A DNA stretch of 64,000 nt. Origin: Escherichia coli. Its GTDB lineage: Bacteria; Pseudomonadota; Gammaproteobacteria; Enterobacterales; Enterobacteriaceae. The stretch lies in assembly GCF_013122565.1 (NCBI RefSeq), contig NZ_CP053258.1; one strand, 5' to 3'. How positions within the stretch are numbered: position 1 is the first letter of the stretch; every line of letters begins with the position of its first letter. The notes beneath the pieces were generated by a model. That model was not told the origin of the DNA. It ran no database searches and saw only the letters and a list, made by a program, of their open reading frames with translations. This document shows positions 34,619-44,569 of this stretch, one piece after another. The position numbers and the translations under genes are program-made.

Positions 34619-36883
34619 CTACCCGTTATCCACTGGCACGCCAAACCACTGATGATACCAACGAGGTAAAATTTGCTCCCTGAGGCTGCTAATCCGCCAG
34701 CCTTGCGCTGAAAAATTGACCGCTATTTGCCCCTGATGAGGAGTATCAAGCCACGTATAACCCTGTTGTTGATAGCGATGTTTAACTTTGCTTGAGGGCA
34801 ATCGCCATGCGTTATAGCGCGATGCCGATGCGAGTGCCACTTTTCCATTCACCCGCTGAATTAATGGTAACGATGATGAGGTATTACTGCCATGGTGAGG
34901 TACCTGAAGCAATGTTGCCTGCACTTGCTGCCAGTAACGGCTTAGCATCTTTTGTTCAGCGGGGACTTCAATATCACCGGTTAGAAGAATGCTATTCGTC
35001 CCGTCATCAACCTTAACCACACAGGAATGGTTATTTCCTTTATCGTTGCTAGCTTGTAAAGGCCAGTGCACGCTGAAACGCAATCCTTGCCATTGCCACG
35101 CTTCGCCACGCACACAGGGCTGATGATGTTCCCAGTTTAACGGACTTCTGATCCATAACATCGGCCATGTGTGCAATATTGAGTCCAGCCCTCCCCGGTG
35201 ATCCAGATGTTCATGACTCAGAATAACGCCTTCCGGTTCAAGATTATGCCAGTGGAGCCAGGGGATAATCAGTTGTTGCCCACTATCCCCTTCAGGCCAG
35301 GCCAATCCCGTGTCATAGAGAATCGCTTTGCCGTTTCTGGCTATCACCATTGCCAGCCCTTGCCCGACATCAAGCATGTACACTTGCCACTCGTCAGGTC
35401 GAGGTTTTTGCCACAGCGGCCAGCACATCAGCAAGCCTACAGCCACACACATTGCTGGCAACGTTCGCCAGGCGTTTAATCGCCATACCACCAGTAAGAA
35501 CCATGGGGAAAATGATAGCCATTGCCAACGTTCAGCAATGTTGATCCACCCTTCTGGCAAACTCTTTAACCCCCAGAAAAGTAAAGCCAAAGACCGGTCG
35601 GCAAGAAACCATAACCCTTGCTCCAGGATTAACAGCCCGCTTAAATGCACAACCATCGCGGCGAGGATCAACGGAACCGTGATAAATGTCACCAAGGGAA
35701 TTGCTAATAGATTTGCAATAAACGAGGTCAGACTAATGCCATGAAATATGACGATTTGCACGGGCATAAGCAGAAGTGTGATTCCCAGTTGCAGATGGAT
35801 GAGGGAAACAACTGCACGCAATACCGGCGGCAGTTGCCACTCAGGACAGGGAAACCACTGATACCAAAATATCAATGCCGCGACCGCAGCGGCAGAGAGC
35901 CATAAACTTTGCGAGAGAATGGCAACAGGATCCATCAGCAAAATTGCCGCCAGACAACATATCCATACATCCCAGCCACTCCACTGTCGCCCACTTAACT
36001 TAAGCATTCCCCACGTAGCAAGCGCCACAACGGTACGCAATGCAGGAGGTTGCATTCCCGTCAGCCAGGCATAAAAAGCAGCACAGCAGATTCCGCCAAT
36101 TAATGGCATTTGCCAGTGGATCCAGCGCCCAGGCAGAAAAATTTGTCCACTGCGAATGAGTCCGGCAGCCAGCAACGCCGCAAAAGCGATGTGCAATCCC
36201 GATATCGCCATTAAATGCGCCGTTCCAGTATCACGCATGATATTTTTGATTTCTTTAGGGACGGATAACCGTTCCCCCATACCTAAACCAAGAATAACCG
36301 CATTCCACATATAGGGTTGCAGCGTTGTTTGTAGTGACGCCAGATACTGTGCCCGCAGGCTACAATTCGGTTCAATGACACTTGCCTGCAGAAAGCGGCC
36401 GGTGAGCGGCTGATGCTGGGCAATGGCATAACGCTGGCTATCAAAGCCGCCATCATTAAGTTGACCATGAACTGCACGAACTTTGAGTTTCATTGACCAC
36501 AGTTGTCCGGCACAAACCGCTTGCGGAAGATATTCGCCATACAGCACAAGGCCTGGCGCAGGGAATATACGTCGACCTTGTAGATAAGTAATTTGACCGT
36601 AATGAGTGGTCATGCCGTCAGTAGCAGTGATCTCAACAATTGCATCCTGCGTCGCGCCAGTTAAGGTTTCTCCTGCCCACAAAATTTGCTTTGCTGATAA
36701 TATGCCCCAAACGAAAAACAGCAACGTCAGCGCGATATAACGGACGGTTTTAACAGGGATAAATGCCAGTACGCAGGCGAAGAGAGTCAGAAACGCAAGG
36801 GTTAATGTCCCAGGCAATTGGGGCAAAATCAGCAACGGAAAAATTCCGCAAATTATGCATACGCCGACTGTCGTTATTTTCAT
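34619..36883 (-). CDS. ycaI: ComEC/Rec2-family DNA internalisation-related membrane protein YcaI
   Basis: ORF 34619..36961; start placed at MKITTVGVCIICGIFPLLILPQL (754 aa); polytopic membrane domain plus C-terminal metallo-beta-lactamase motif HEHLDHRGG. Confidence 0.88.
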   Translation of the reverse strand: MKITTVGVCIICGIFPLLILPQLPGTLTLAFLTLFACVLAFIPVKTVRYIALTLLFFVWGILSAKQILWAGETLTGATQDAIVEITATDGMTTHYGQITYLQGRRIFPAPGLVLYGEYLPQAVCAGQLWSMKLKVRAVHGQLNDGGFDSQRYAIAQHQPLTGRFLQASVIEPNCSLRAQYLASLQTTLQPYMWNAVILGLGMGERLSVPKEIKNIMRDTGTAHLMAISGLHIAFAALLAAGLIRSGQIFLPGRWIHWQMPLIGGICCAAFYAWLTGMQPPALRTVVALATWGMLKLSGRQWSGWDVWICCLAAILLMDPVAILSQSLWLSAAAVAALIFWYQWFPCPEWQLPPVLRAVVSLIHLQLGITLLLMPVQIVIFHGISLTSFIANLLAIPLVTFITVPLILAAMVVHLSGLLILEQGLWFLADRSLALLFWGLKSLPEGWINIAERWQWLSFSPWFLLVVWRLNAWRTLPAMCVAVGLLMCWPLWQKPRPDEWQVYMLDVGQGLAMVIARNGKAILYDTGLAWPEGDSGQQLIIPWLHWHNLEPEGVILSHEHLDHRGGLDSILHTWPMLWIRSPLNWEHHQPCVRGEAWQWQGLRFSVHWPLQASNDKGNNHSCVVKVDDGTNSILLTGDIEVPAEQKMLSRYWQQVQATLLQVPHHGSNTSSSLPLIQRVNGKVALASASRYNAWRLPSSKVKHRYQQQGYTWLDTPHQGQIAVNFSAQGWRISSLREQILPRWYHQWFGVPVDNG

Positions 36884-37029
36884 GCACCCCTCCCTGTTTA
36901 TGGAAAGTGTGCAACTTTGTTGAGCGGTTGTCTGGTGGGAATTTTGCGTTCCCCGAGGCACATTCAGAAGAATTTAACGAAAGGGTGAAAACTGCTCAAA
37001 ACTCTGCGAGGCAGCTTCCAGTTCCTGAT

Positions 37030-37064
37030 TAGAGAAATGAAAAAAGCACCCGACAGGTGCTTTT
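37030..37064 (-). terminator. Rho-independent terminator after ihfB
   Basis: AAAAGCACC-cgaca-GGTGCTTTT hairpin; U-rich tract follows on ihfB strand. Confidence 0.6.
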
Positions 37065-37089
37065 CTCGCGTTCAAGTTTGAGTAAAAAC

Positions 37090-37374
37090 TTAACCGTAAA
37101 TATTGGCGCGATCGCGCAGTTCTTTACCAGGTTTAAAGTGAGGAACGTATTTTCCTTCCAGTTCTACTTTATCGCCAGTCTTCGGATTACGTCCGGTACG
37201 TGGTGCGCGGTAGTGCAAAGAGAAACTGCCGAAACCGCGGATTTCAATACGCTCGCCCTGCGCAAGAGTCGAGGCCATATGCTCCAGCATCTCTTTTACT
37301 GCATCTTCAACCGTCTTGGCGGGAATGTGCGATTGCTGGGTGGCAAGTCTTTCTATCAATTCTGACTTGGTCAT
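37090..37374 (-). CDS. ihfB: Integration host factor beta subunit
   Basis: 94-aa [37 protein letters not shown]…. Confidence 0.98.
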
Positions 37375-37428
37375 GATTCCTCCGGTTCCTTAAAGGCAAA
37401 TTAAGCGGCTGCTGTTGCTGCATTGATT

Positions 37429-37450
37429 AAGGGCGGCCGTAGCCGCCCTT
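37429..37450 (-). terminator. GC-rich hairpin between rpsA and ihfB (possible partial terminator/attenuator)
   Basis: AAGGGCGGC-cgta-GCCGCCCTT perfect 9-bp stem, 80 nt downstream of rpsA stop; no strong U tract. Confidence 0.4.
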
Positions 37451-37533
37451 AGTGCTTGATTACAGGACGAAACCTGCAATCTGTCAAGTAAACTCAACAA
37501 ACTTCGGAATAAAAATCCCGAAGAGTCAGAGAA

Positions 37534-39207
37534 TTACTCGCCTTTAGCTGCTTTGAAAGCTTCAGCCATTGCGTTGTTGGAGAAGTTTGCATCTTCCTGT
37601 TTGTTAACAGTTGCGATTGCATCTTTCTCGTCAGCTTCGTCTTTCGCACGAACAGACAGGCTGATTGCGCGGTTTTTACGATCAACGCCGGTGAATTTAG
37701 CTTCAACTTCGTCGCCAACGCTCAGAACCAGGGTAGCGTCTTCAACGCGGTCACGGGATGCTTCAGAAGCACGCAGGTAACCTTCAACGCCGTCAGCCAG
37801 TTCTACGGTTGCGCCTTTAGCGTCAACTGCAGTTACTTTACCGGTTACGATAGCGCCTTTCTTGTTCAGAGCAACCCAGTTGTTGAACGGATCTTCTGCG
37901 AGCTGTTTAACGCCCAGGGAGATACGTTCACGTTCTGCGTCGACCTGCAGAACAACTGCAGCGATTTCGTCGCCTTTTTTGTATTCACGAACTGCTTCTT
38001 CGCCTGCAACGTTCCAGGAGATGTCAGACAGGTGAACCAGGCCGTCGATGCCGCCGTCCAGGCCGATGAAGATACCGAAGTCAGTGATAGACTTGATTTT
38101 ACCTTCAACACGGTCGCCCTTGTTGTGGGTTTCCGCGAACTGCTGCCACGGGTTAGCTTTGCACTGTTTCAGACCCAGGGAGATACGACGACGTTCTTCG
38201 TCGATATCCAGAACCATAACTTCCACTACATCGCCAACGTTAACAACTTTGGACGGGTGGATGTTTTTGTTGGTCCAATCCATTTCGGAAACGTGTACCA
38301 GGCCTTCAACGCCTTCTTCGATTTCAACGAAGCAGCCGTAGTCGGTCAGGTTGGTCACGCGACCAGTCAGTTTGGTACCTTCCGGATAACGTTTAGCGAT
38401 AGCTACCCACGGATCTTCGCCCAGCTGTTTCAGGCCCAGGGATACACGGGTACGTTCGCGGTCGAACTTCAGCACTTTAACAGTGATTTCGTCGCCCACG
38501 TTGACGATTTCGCTCGGATGCTTAACGCGTTTCCAGGCCATGTCAGTGATGTGCAGCAGGCCGTCAACGCCGCCCAGATCAACGAATGCACCGTAGTCAG
38601 TGAGGTTCTTAACGATACCTTTAACTTCCATGCCTTCCTGCAGGTTTTCCAGCAGCTGATCGCGCTCTGCGCTGTTTTCGGATTCGATAACGGCACGACG
38701 AGAAACAACAACGTTGTTGCGCTTCTGATCCAGCTTGATTACTTTGAATTCAAGCTCTTTGCCTTCCAGGTGCAGAGTGTCACGCACCGGACGAACGTCT
38801 ACCAGAGAACCTGGCAGGAACGCACGAATACCGTTCAGCTCAACAGTGAAGCCGCCCTTAACTTTGCCGTTGATAACACCGGTAACAGTTTCAGCATCTT
38901 CGTAAGCTTTTTCCAGCGTGATCCAGGCTTCGTGACGTTTAGCTTTCTCACGGGACAGCAGAGTTTCACCGAAGCCGTCTTCTACTGCGTCCAGAGCAAC
39001 GTCAACTTCGTCACCTACCTGGATTTCCAGCTCGCCCTGGGCGTTTTTGAACTGCTCAGCCGGGATGGCGGACTCAGATTTCAGACCAGCGTCAACCAGT
39101 ACTACGTCTTTGTCGATAGCAACAACAACGCCACGAACGATAGAACCCGGGCGGGTTTCGATTTCTTTTAAGGACTCTTCAAAGAGTTGAGCAAAAGATT
39201 CAGTCAT
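37534..39207 (-). CDS. rpsA: 30S ribosomal protein S1
   Basis: 557-aa [35 protein letters not shown]…; six S1 repeats. Confidence 0.98.
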
Positions 39208-39317
39208 GTTTAATCTTCAGGTTTATATTTAACGTCCACCTGGCTCCATGCCGGATGGGGTTGTTTAACATACCCGCTGTCATTCCATTGCAACGGGGGT
39301 ACTGCAAATTCGGTCGC

Positions 39318-40001
39318 TTATGCGAGAGCCAATTTCTGGCGCGCGTATTGTAGCGCTTTTTCAATCACTTGCTCAATGCTTAAGGTGGTGGAATCCAACA
39401 CTAAAGCATCGGCTGCCGGAACCAGTGGCGCTACCGCTCGGTTACGATCGCGGTCGTCGCGTTCTTTGATCTCGGCCAAAAGGCGCTCAAAGTTAACACT
39501 AAAGCCCTTCTCCTGCAACTGTAGCATGCGGCGATGCGCACGTTCTTCCGAGGAGGCGTCAAGGAAAATTTTCACTGGCGCATCAGGGAATACCACCGTT
39601 CCCATGTCGCGGCCATCGGCAATCAGGCCTGGTAATTCGCGAAACGCGCGTTGGCGACGCAATAATGCTTCACGAACGCGTGGGAATGCCGCGACTTGTG
39701 AAGCTGCATTCGCCACTTCCTGAGTACGAATTTCGCCGCTGACATCTTCCCCTTCGAGGATCACTTCCAGATTGCCATTGGTCGACACAAAACGTACATC
39801 CAGATGGGATGCCAGCGGTACCAGCGCATCTTCCGACGCAACATCGACATGGTGATGTAATGCCGCTAGTGCCAGTACGCGATAAATTGCACCCGAATCC
39901 AGCAGATGCCATTGCAATGCTTCCGCCATAGCCTTACACAAGGTGCCTTTCCCTGCACCGCTTGGGCCATCAATGGTAATAACCGGGGCAATTGCCGTCA
40001 T
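39318..40001 (-). CDS. cmk: Cytidylate kinase
   Basis: 227-aa [32 protein letters not shown]…; P-loop. Confidence 0.97.
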
Positions 40002-40173
40002 CTTTATCTCCTTAAAACAGGCGTACCGTTAACATAACCGCGCGCATTATACGCGCCGACGCCACAAATCGTTAACGTTGTGTGCAAAAACCAGTTTTGT
40101 CTGTATTCAGATGGGGATTTATTGCGCAATTATAGCGGGCTGGCAGAAGACCAGCCCGAAAGATGACAATGAT

Positions 40174-40938
40174 TTACTTACCAGAGGCGATACGATCACG
40201 GATGTGTTGCGCACGCTCTGTTGATGGTGGGTGAGAGTCAAACATGGACTGGGTGCGACCGCCATCCAGGCTAGCCAGTTTTTCAAAGCTGCCAACCAGC
40301 CCCTGGGTGCTGATGCCACGTTTCTTCAACAGATCAAAGGAGAAATCATCTGCTTCGGACTCTTTATCGCGGGAGTATTTCGCATTGATAGCGCCTTCTG
40401 CGATATCGCCTAATTGTGAGCGAGAAAGCTGGGAAGCCACACCGCTGGTAGCGGAAATCGCATCACGTGCGGCCACGATCGCATAAGAAGCTTTCATTTC
40501 AGCCAGAGAGTGACCCAACGCGACGTGGCCCAGTTCATGGCCCAGAACGCCTTCAATTTCGTTGTCGTTCATCATGTCCATCAGGCCACTGTAGACACGA
40601 ACACAGCCGTTCGCCATCGCCCATGCGTTGACGTCGCTGGTCATATAAACCTTATAGTTGACCGGCGTGCCATTAATATTGTTACCCAATGCTTTGGCGA
40701 TTTTTGCCAGACGTTTACCGTACTTGCTGGATTTACTTGCGACTTGATTGCCGCTGTCCATTTCGGCACAGCCCTGATTGGCAATCGCTTTTGCATCGGC
40801 ATCGCTTAATGTTGCTGCTTTATAGGCATTTAAACCGGAGCTGATAGCCATATTGGTATCAATACCGTGGGTATTTTGACACCCTGTCAGTAATGCTGCA
40901 GAGACCGCAATCGCCAGCAGTAATTTAGTATTCTTCAT
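40174..40938 (-). CDS. loiP: Outer-membrane metalloprotease LoiP (YcaL), M48 family
   Basis: ORF 40174..40962; start at MKNTKLLLAIAVSAALLTGC (lipoprotein signal with Cys); HELGH zinc motif. Confidence 0.9.
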   Translation of the reverse strand: MKNTKLLLAIAVSAALLTGCQNTHGIDTNMAISSGLNAYKAATLSDADAKAIANQGCAEMDSGNQVASKSSKYGKRLAKIAKALGNNINGTPVNYKVYMTSDVNAWAMANGCVRVYSGLMDMMNDNEIEGVLGHELGHVALGHSLAEMKASYAIVAARDAISATSGVASQLSRSQLGDIAEGAINAKYSRDKESEADDFSFDLLKKRGISTQGLVGSFEKLASLDGGRTQSMFDSHPPSTERAQHIRDRIASGK

Positions 40939-41025
40939 GTGAATCATCCGTTGATTAATCATATATAAATATTATGTATCAACAACTTACATTGACAAGC
41001 GACGCTACCATTAATCAAAATGACT

Positions 41026-41058
41026 CACAAGGTCCGAAAAAAAACGCCGGCAATGTGC
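41026..41058 (-). terminator. Rho-independent terminator after aroA
   Basis: Near-perfect hairpin (A)CGCCGGCA-atg-TGCCGACG(T) followed on aroA strand by U8 (A8 run 41026..41033 on + strand). Confidence 0.55.
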
Positions 41059-41106
41059 CGACGTTTTGATAAAGAAAGATTTGGCTATTTATTGCCCGTT
41101 GTTCAT

Positions 41107-42390
41107 TCAGGCTGCCTGGCTAATCCGCGCCAGCTGCTCGAAATAATCCGGAAATGTTTTGGCCGTACATTTGGGATCAAGAATCGTCACTGGTGTATCT
41201 GACAACGCCACCAGCGAGAAACACATCGCCATCCGGTGATCATTGTATGTCGCGATCTCGGCAAAGTTCAGTTTTTCCGGTGGAGTGATACGAATGTAAT
41301 CGTGCCCCTCTGCTACTTCTGCACCGACTTTACGCAGTTCTGTTGCCATCGCAAACAGGCGATCGGTCTCTTTAACACGCCAGTTATAGATATTGCGCAG
41401 CGTGGTGGTGCCTTTTGCAAATAACGCCGCGGTGGCAATGGTCATCGCCGCATCGGGAATATGGTTCATATCCATATCAATAGCGTTCAGTTCACCACGC
41501 GTGCAGGAAATATAATCATCGCCCCAGCAAATGGTCGCGCCCATTTTTTCCAGCACATCAGCAAAGCGAATATCACCCTGCATACTGTTGCGTCCAATGC
41601 CGGTCACTTTTACAGTGCCGCCTTTGATTGCTGCTGCTGCCAGAAAGTAAGAAGCGGAAGATGCATCGCCTTCGACCAAATAAGTACCCGGAGACTGATA
41701 AGACTGCCCGCCTTTAACGACAAATTGTTGATAGTGCTGATTTTCAATTTCAACACCAAACGTCTTCATCAGATTGAGTGTGATGTCGATATAAGGTTTA
41801 GAAACCAGATCGCCTTTAATACGAATCACCGTATCTTCCGGCGCAAGAGGCGCAGTCATTAATAGTGCGGTGAGGAACTGGCTGGAAACAGAGCCATCAA
41901 CGTCAACGTTGCCGCCAGTAAAGCCGCCCTGTAAACGCAATGGCGGATAATTTTCTTGTTCCAGGTAAGTGATCTTCGCCCCGCCCAGGCGCAGCGCATC
42001 CACCAGATGACCAATCGGGCGCTCTTTCATACGCGGCTCACCGGTCAGCACAATATCATTGCTACCCAGACAAAGAGCTGCCGCCAGCGGACGCATTGCC
42101 GTTCCGGCGTTACCGAGGAACAACTCCAGGGCGCTTTTTGCGTGTAATGGACCGCCGTTACCGATAATTTCGCAACGCGTACGATCGGCTGAAAGCGTAT
42201 AGCTTACCCCTAACGCTGCTAATGCATTCAGCATATGGCGCACGTCATCGCTATCCAGCAGATTGGTTAATACTGTTTTGCCGTGTGCTAATGCCGCCAG
42301 CAATAAAGCGCGGTTAGAAACGCTCTTGGAACCGGGCAGATTAATAGTGCCATCGACACGAGCGATGGGTTGTAACGTCAGGGATTCCAT
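41107..42390 (-). CDS. aroA: 3-phosphoshikimate 1-carboxyvinyltransferase (EPSP synthase)
   Basis: 427-aa [38 protein letters not shown]…. Confidence 0.98.
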   Translation of the reverse strand: MESLTLQPIARVDGTINLPGSKSVSNRALLLAALAHGKTVLTNLLDSDDVRHMLNALAALGVSYTLSADRTRCEIIGNGGPLHAKSALELFLGNAGTAMRPLAAALCLGSNDIVLTGEPRMKERPIGHLVDALRLGGAKITYLEQENYPPLRLQGGFTGGNVDVDGSVSSQFLTALLMTAPLAPEDTVIRIKGDLVSKPYIDITLNLMKTFGVEIENQHYQQFVVKGGQSYQSPGTYLVEGDASSASYFLAAAAIKGGTVKVTGIGRNSMQGDIRFADVLEKMGATICWGDDYISCTRGELNAIDMDMNHIPDAAMTIATAALFAKGTTTLRNIYNWRVKETDRLFAMATELRKVGAEVAEGHDYIRITPPEKLNFAEIATYNDHRMAMCFSLVALSDTPVTILDPKCTAKTFPDYFEQLARISQAA

Positions 42391-42406
42391 GAACTCAACT
42401 CTCTAC

Positions 42407-42441
42407 AACAGAAATAAAAACCCCACAGGCTGGCTGTGGGG
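42407..42441 (-). terminator. Intercistronic terminator/attenuator hairpin between serC and aroA
   Basis: CCCCACAG-gctgg-CTGTGGGG stem followed on coding strand by UUUUUAUUUCUGUU, ending 17 nt before aroA ATG. Confidence 0.55.
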
Positions 42442-42460
42442 ATTAAGCAAAATTTCGGCA

Positions 42461-43549
42461 TTAGCCGTGACGGCGTTCGAACTCAACCATGAAGTCTGTC
42501 AGCGCTTTAACGCCTTCCAGTGGCATGGCGTTATAAATGGACGCGCGCATTCCGCCGACCACACGGTGACCTTTCAGTGCATGAAGGCCAGCAGCAAAAG
42601 ACTCTTCAAGGAACAATTTGTCAAGCGCACTGTCTGCCAACTGGAAGGGTACGTTCATCCGCGAACGGTTAGGTTTCGCCACGTCGTTGCGGTAGAAATC
42701 GCTGTTATCAATCACCCCATACAGCAGTTCTGCTTTTTGCTGATTGATTTTATCCATTGCACCTACACCGCCGTTCGCTTTCAGCCATTTAAAGACCAGA
42801 CCAGACAGATACCAGGCAAATGTCGGTGGCGTGTTAAACATGGAGTCGTTATCGTTGAGGATGGAATAATCCAGAATCGACGGACACGCGATATTCGCTT
42901 TGCCCAGCAAATCTTCACGAACGATGACGATTGTCAGGCCTGCCGGGCCGATATTTTTCTGCGCGCCAGCGTAAATCACACCATAACGGTTAACATCGAT
43001 TGGACGAGAAAGAATGGTTGAAGAGAAGTCGGCGGCAACCACCACATCTTTGCCGAAGTCTGGCGTTTCGTCGATGGCGATACCGTCGATGGTTTCATTC
43101 GGGCAGTAATGCATATAAGCAGCATTATCAGAGAGTTGCCATTCACGCATTGGCTTAACCGCGCGCAGACCATCAACAGTCACTTTGGCGTCAAAGACAT
43201 TAGGCGTGCAGTATTTTTTCGCTTCTTTAATGGCACTTGCCGCCCAGTAACCGGCATCAACATAATCTGCGGTGGTTTTATCACCGAGAATATTCAGCGG
43301 TACCGCAGCAAACTGACCGCGACCACCGCCATGGCAGAATAATACCTTGTAGTTGGAGGGGACATTAAGAAGATCGCGAAAATCCTTCTCGGCTTCCTCT
43401 GCAACCTGAATGAACTCTTTGCCACGGTGACTCACTTCCATCACCGACGTACCAAGACCGTTCCAGTCGCGCAGTTCCTGTTGAGCCTGTTTAAGCACCT
43501 CTGCCGGTAGCATTGCCGGACCAGAACTAAAATTGAAGATTTGAGCCAT
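42461..43549 (-). CDS. serC: Phosphoserine aminotransferase
   Basis: 362-aa [36 protein letters not shown]…. Confidence 0.98.
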   Translation of the reverse strand: MAQIFNFSSGPAMLPAEVLKQAQQELRDWNGLGTSVMEVSHRGKEFIQVAEEAEKDFRDLLNVPSNYKVLFCHGGGRGQFAAVPLNILGDKTTADYVDAGYWAASAIKEAKKYCTPNVFDAKVTVDGLRAVKPMREWQLSDNAAYMHYCPNETIDGIAIDETPDFGKDVVVAADFSSTILSRPIDVNRYGVIYAGAQKNIGPAGLTIVIVREDLLGKANIACPSILDYSILNDNDSMFNTPPTFAWYLSGLVFKWLKANGGVGAMDKINQQKAELLYGVIDNSDFYRNDVAKPNRSRMNVPFQLADSALDKLFLEESFAAGLHALKGHRVVGGMRASIYNAMPLEGVKALTDFMVEFERRHG

Positions 43550-43747
43550 TTCCCCTCACCACGTTGCGTTGCTATTAACCCGCGGTCAATCGATTGCGAC
43601 CACAGGTAATACATTATTCCTGTGGCTATCGGTTTTATCATTCAGTGACACACATCGCAATGAGTAAAACCGTTGAGGGCAAAAATGTGGCTTGCATCAC
43701 ACAAAAGAATCTCTCGGATTATTAGCAAAAAGCCGATGTTTTTACTG

Positions 43748-44440
43748 TCAGGTCACCCGTTTTGCCCGACTTGCCTTCGTCCATTCTGGATTTGCACAGC
43801 GCGGACATAATTGTTTTTCCCCCGCGTTCATATGAATGATTTCACTACAACGAATGCAGGCATAGTCCGCCGACTCCGGCACCACTTTGTAACGCTGCGT
43901 ACAATCACTGGGTAAAATAAGTAAACCCGGTTTCACCTTGTCATCTTCAAAGAAATAGACACTGATTTGCCCGTTGGTTTCGAGAATTGCCAGACGTACT
44001 TGCCCCAACTGCTCTACACCACGCAATCGTAGCTCCATAAAGAACTCAAATTCCGTCATGTTGGAGTTATTGAGTTTCGACCAGGCCAGCTCGCCATCTT
44101 CAATAATAACAACCGGCTTGCCTTCCAGAAGATCTTCCAGTTTTTCACTGTGCGCCATCAACCACATTACCAGGCGGTATAACAACGCCAGAGTCATAAA
44201 GACGATAAGTACCGGCACCATCGGCACATCATCATAAAACGCCACATCTCCCGCCGCTGAACCCAGCGTCAGAATGATTAACACTTCAAAAAGCGACATC
44301 TGCCGCACTCCGCGTCGTCCGGTCATTTTGAGGAACAAAAAGACCAGTACAAAGGTATAAAGACTACGTAGTGCAACTTCGCCAAGGAAATCAAAAGGCA
44401 CTTTATCAAATGCCATACGGTGGAGATCGAACGCCTTCAT
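43748..44440 (-). CDS. ycaP: DUF421-family inner membrane protein YcaP
   Basis: 230-aa ORF with N-terminal TM helices and C-terminal CxxC…CxxC (CIRCSEIIH…CPRCANP). Confidence 0.85.
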   Translation of the reverse strand: MKAFDLHRMAFDKVPFDFLGEVALRSLYTFVLVFLFLKMTGRRGVRQMSLFEVLIILTLGSAAGDVAFYDDVPMVPVLIVFMTLALLYRLVMWLMAHSEKLEDLLEGKPVVIIEDGELAWSKLNNSNMTEFEFFMELRLRGVEQLGQVRLAILETNGQISVYFFEDDKVKPGLLILPSDCTQRYKVVPESADYACIRCSEIIHMNAGEKQLCPRCANPEWTKASRAKRVT

Positions 44441-44569
44441 TTTTATGCTCTTATCGTGGTTTATCCGCTAAAAGCATAGTCAACAGTTCATCGGCATGGC
44501 GGCGGTGATAGCGCCTTTGAGATAAAACCCGTATTATTGCGCGCTTTCCGTACGACTAAAGTGATTTTC

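Noticed and set aside
40002-40173. GGGCTGG-N7-CCAGCCC hairpin (40137..40157) downstream of loiP
   Set aside because: No U-rich tract on either strand and only a 7-bp stem; could be a weak structural element but not supportable as a terminator.
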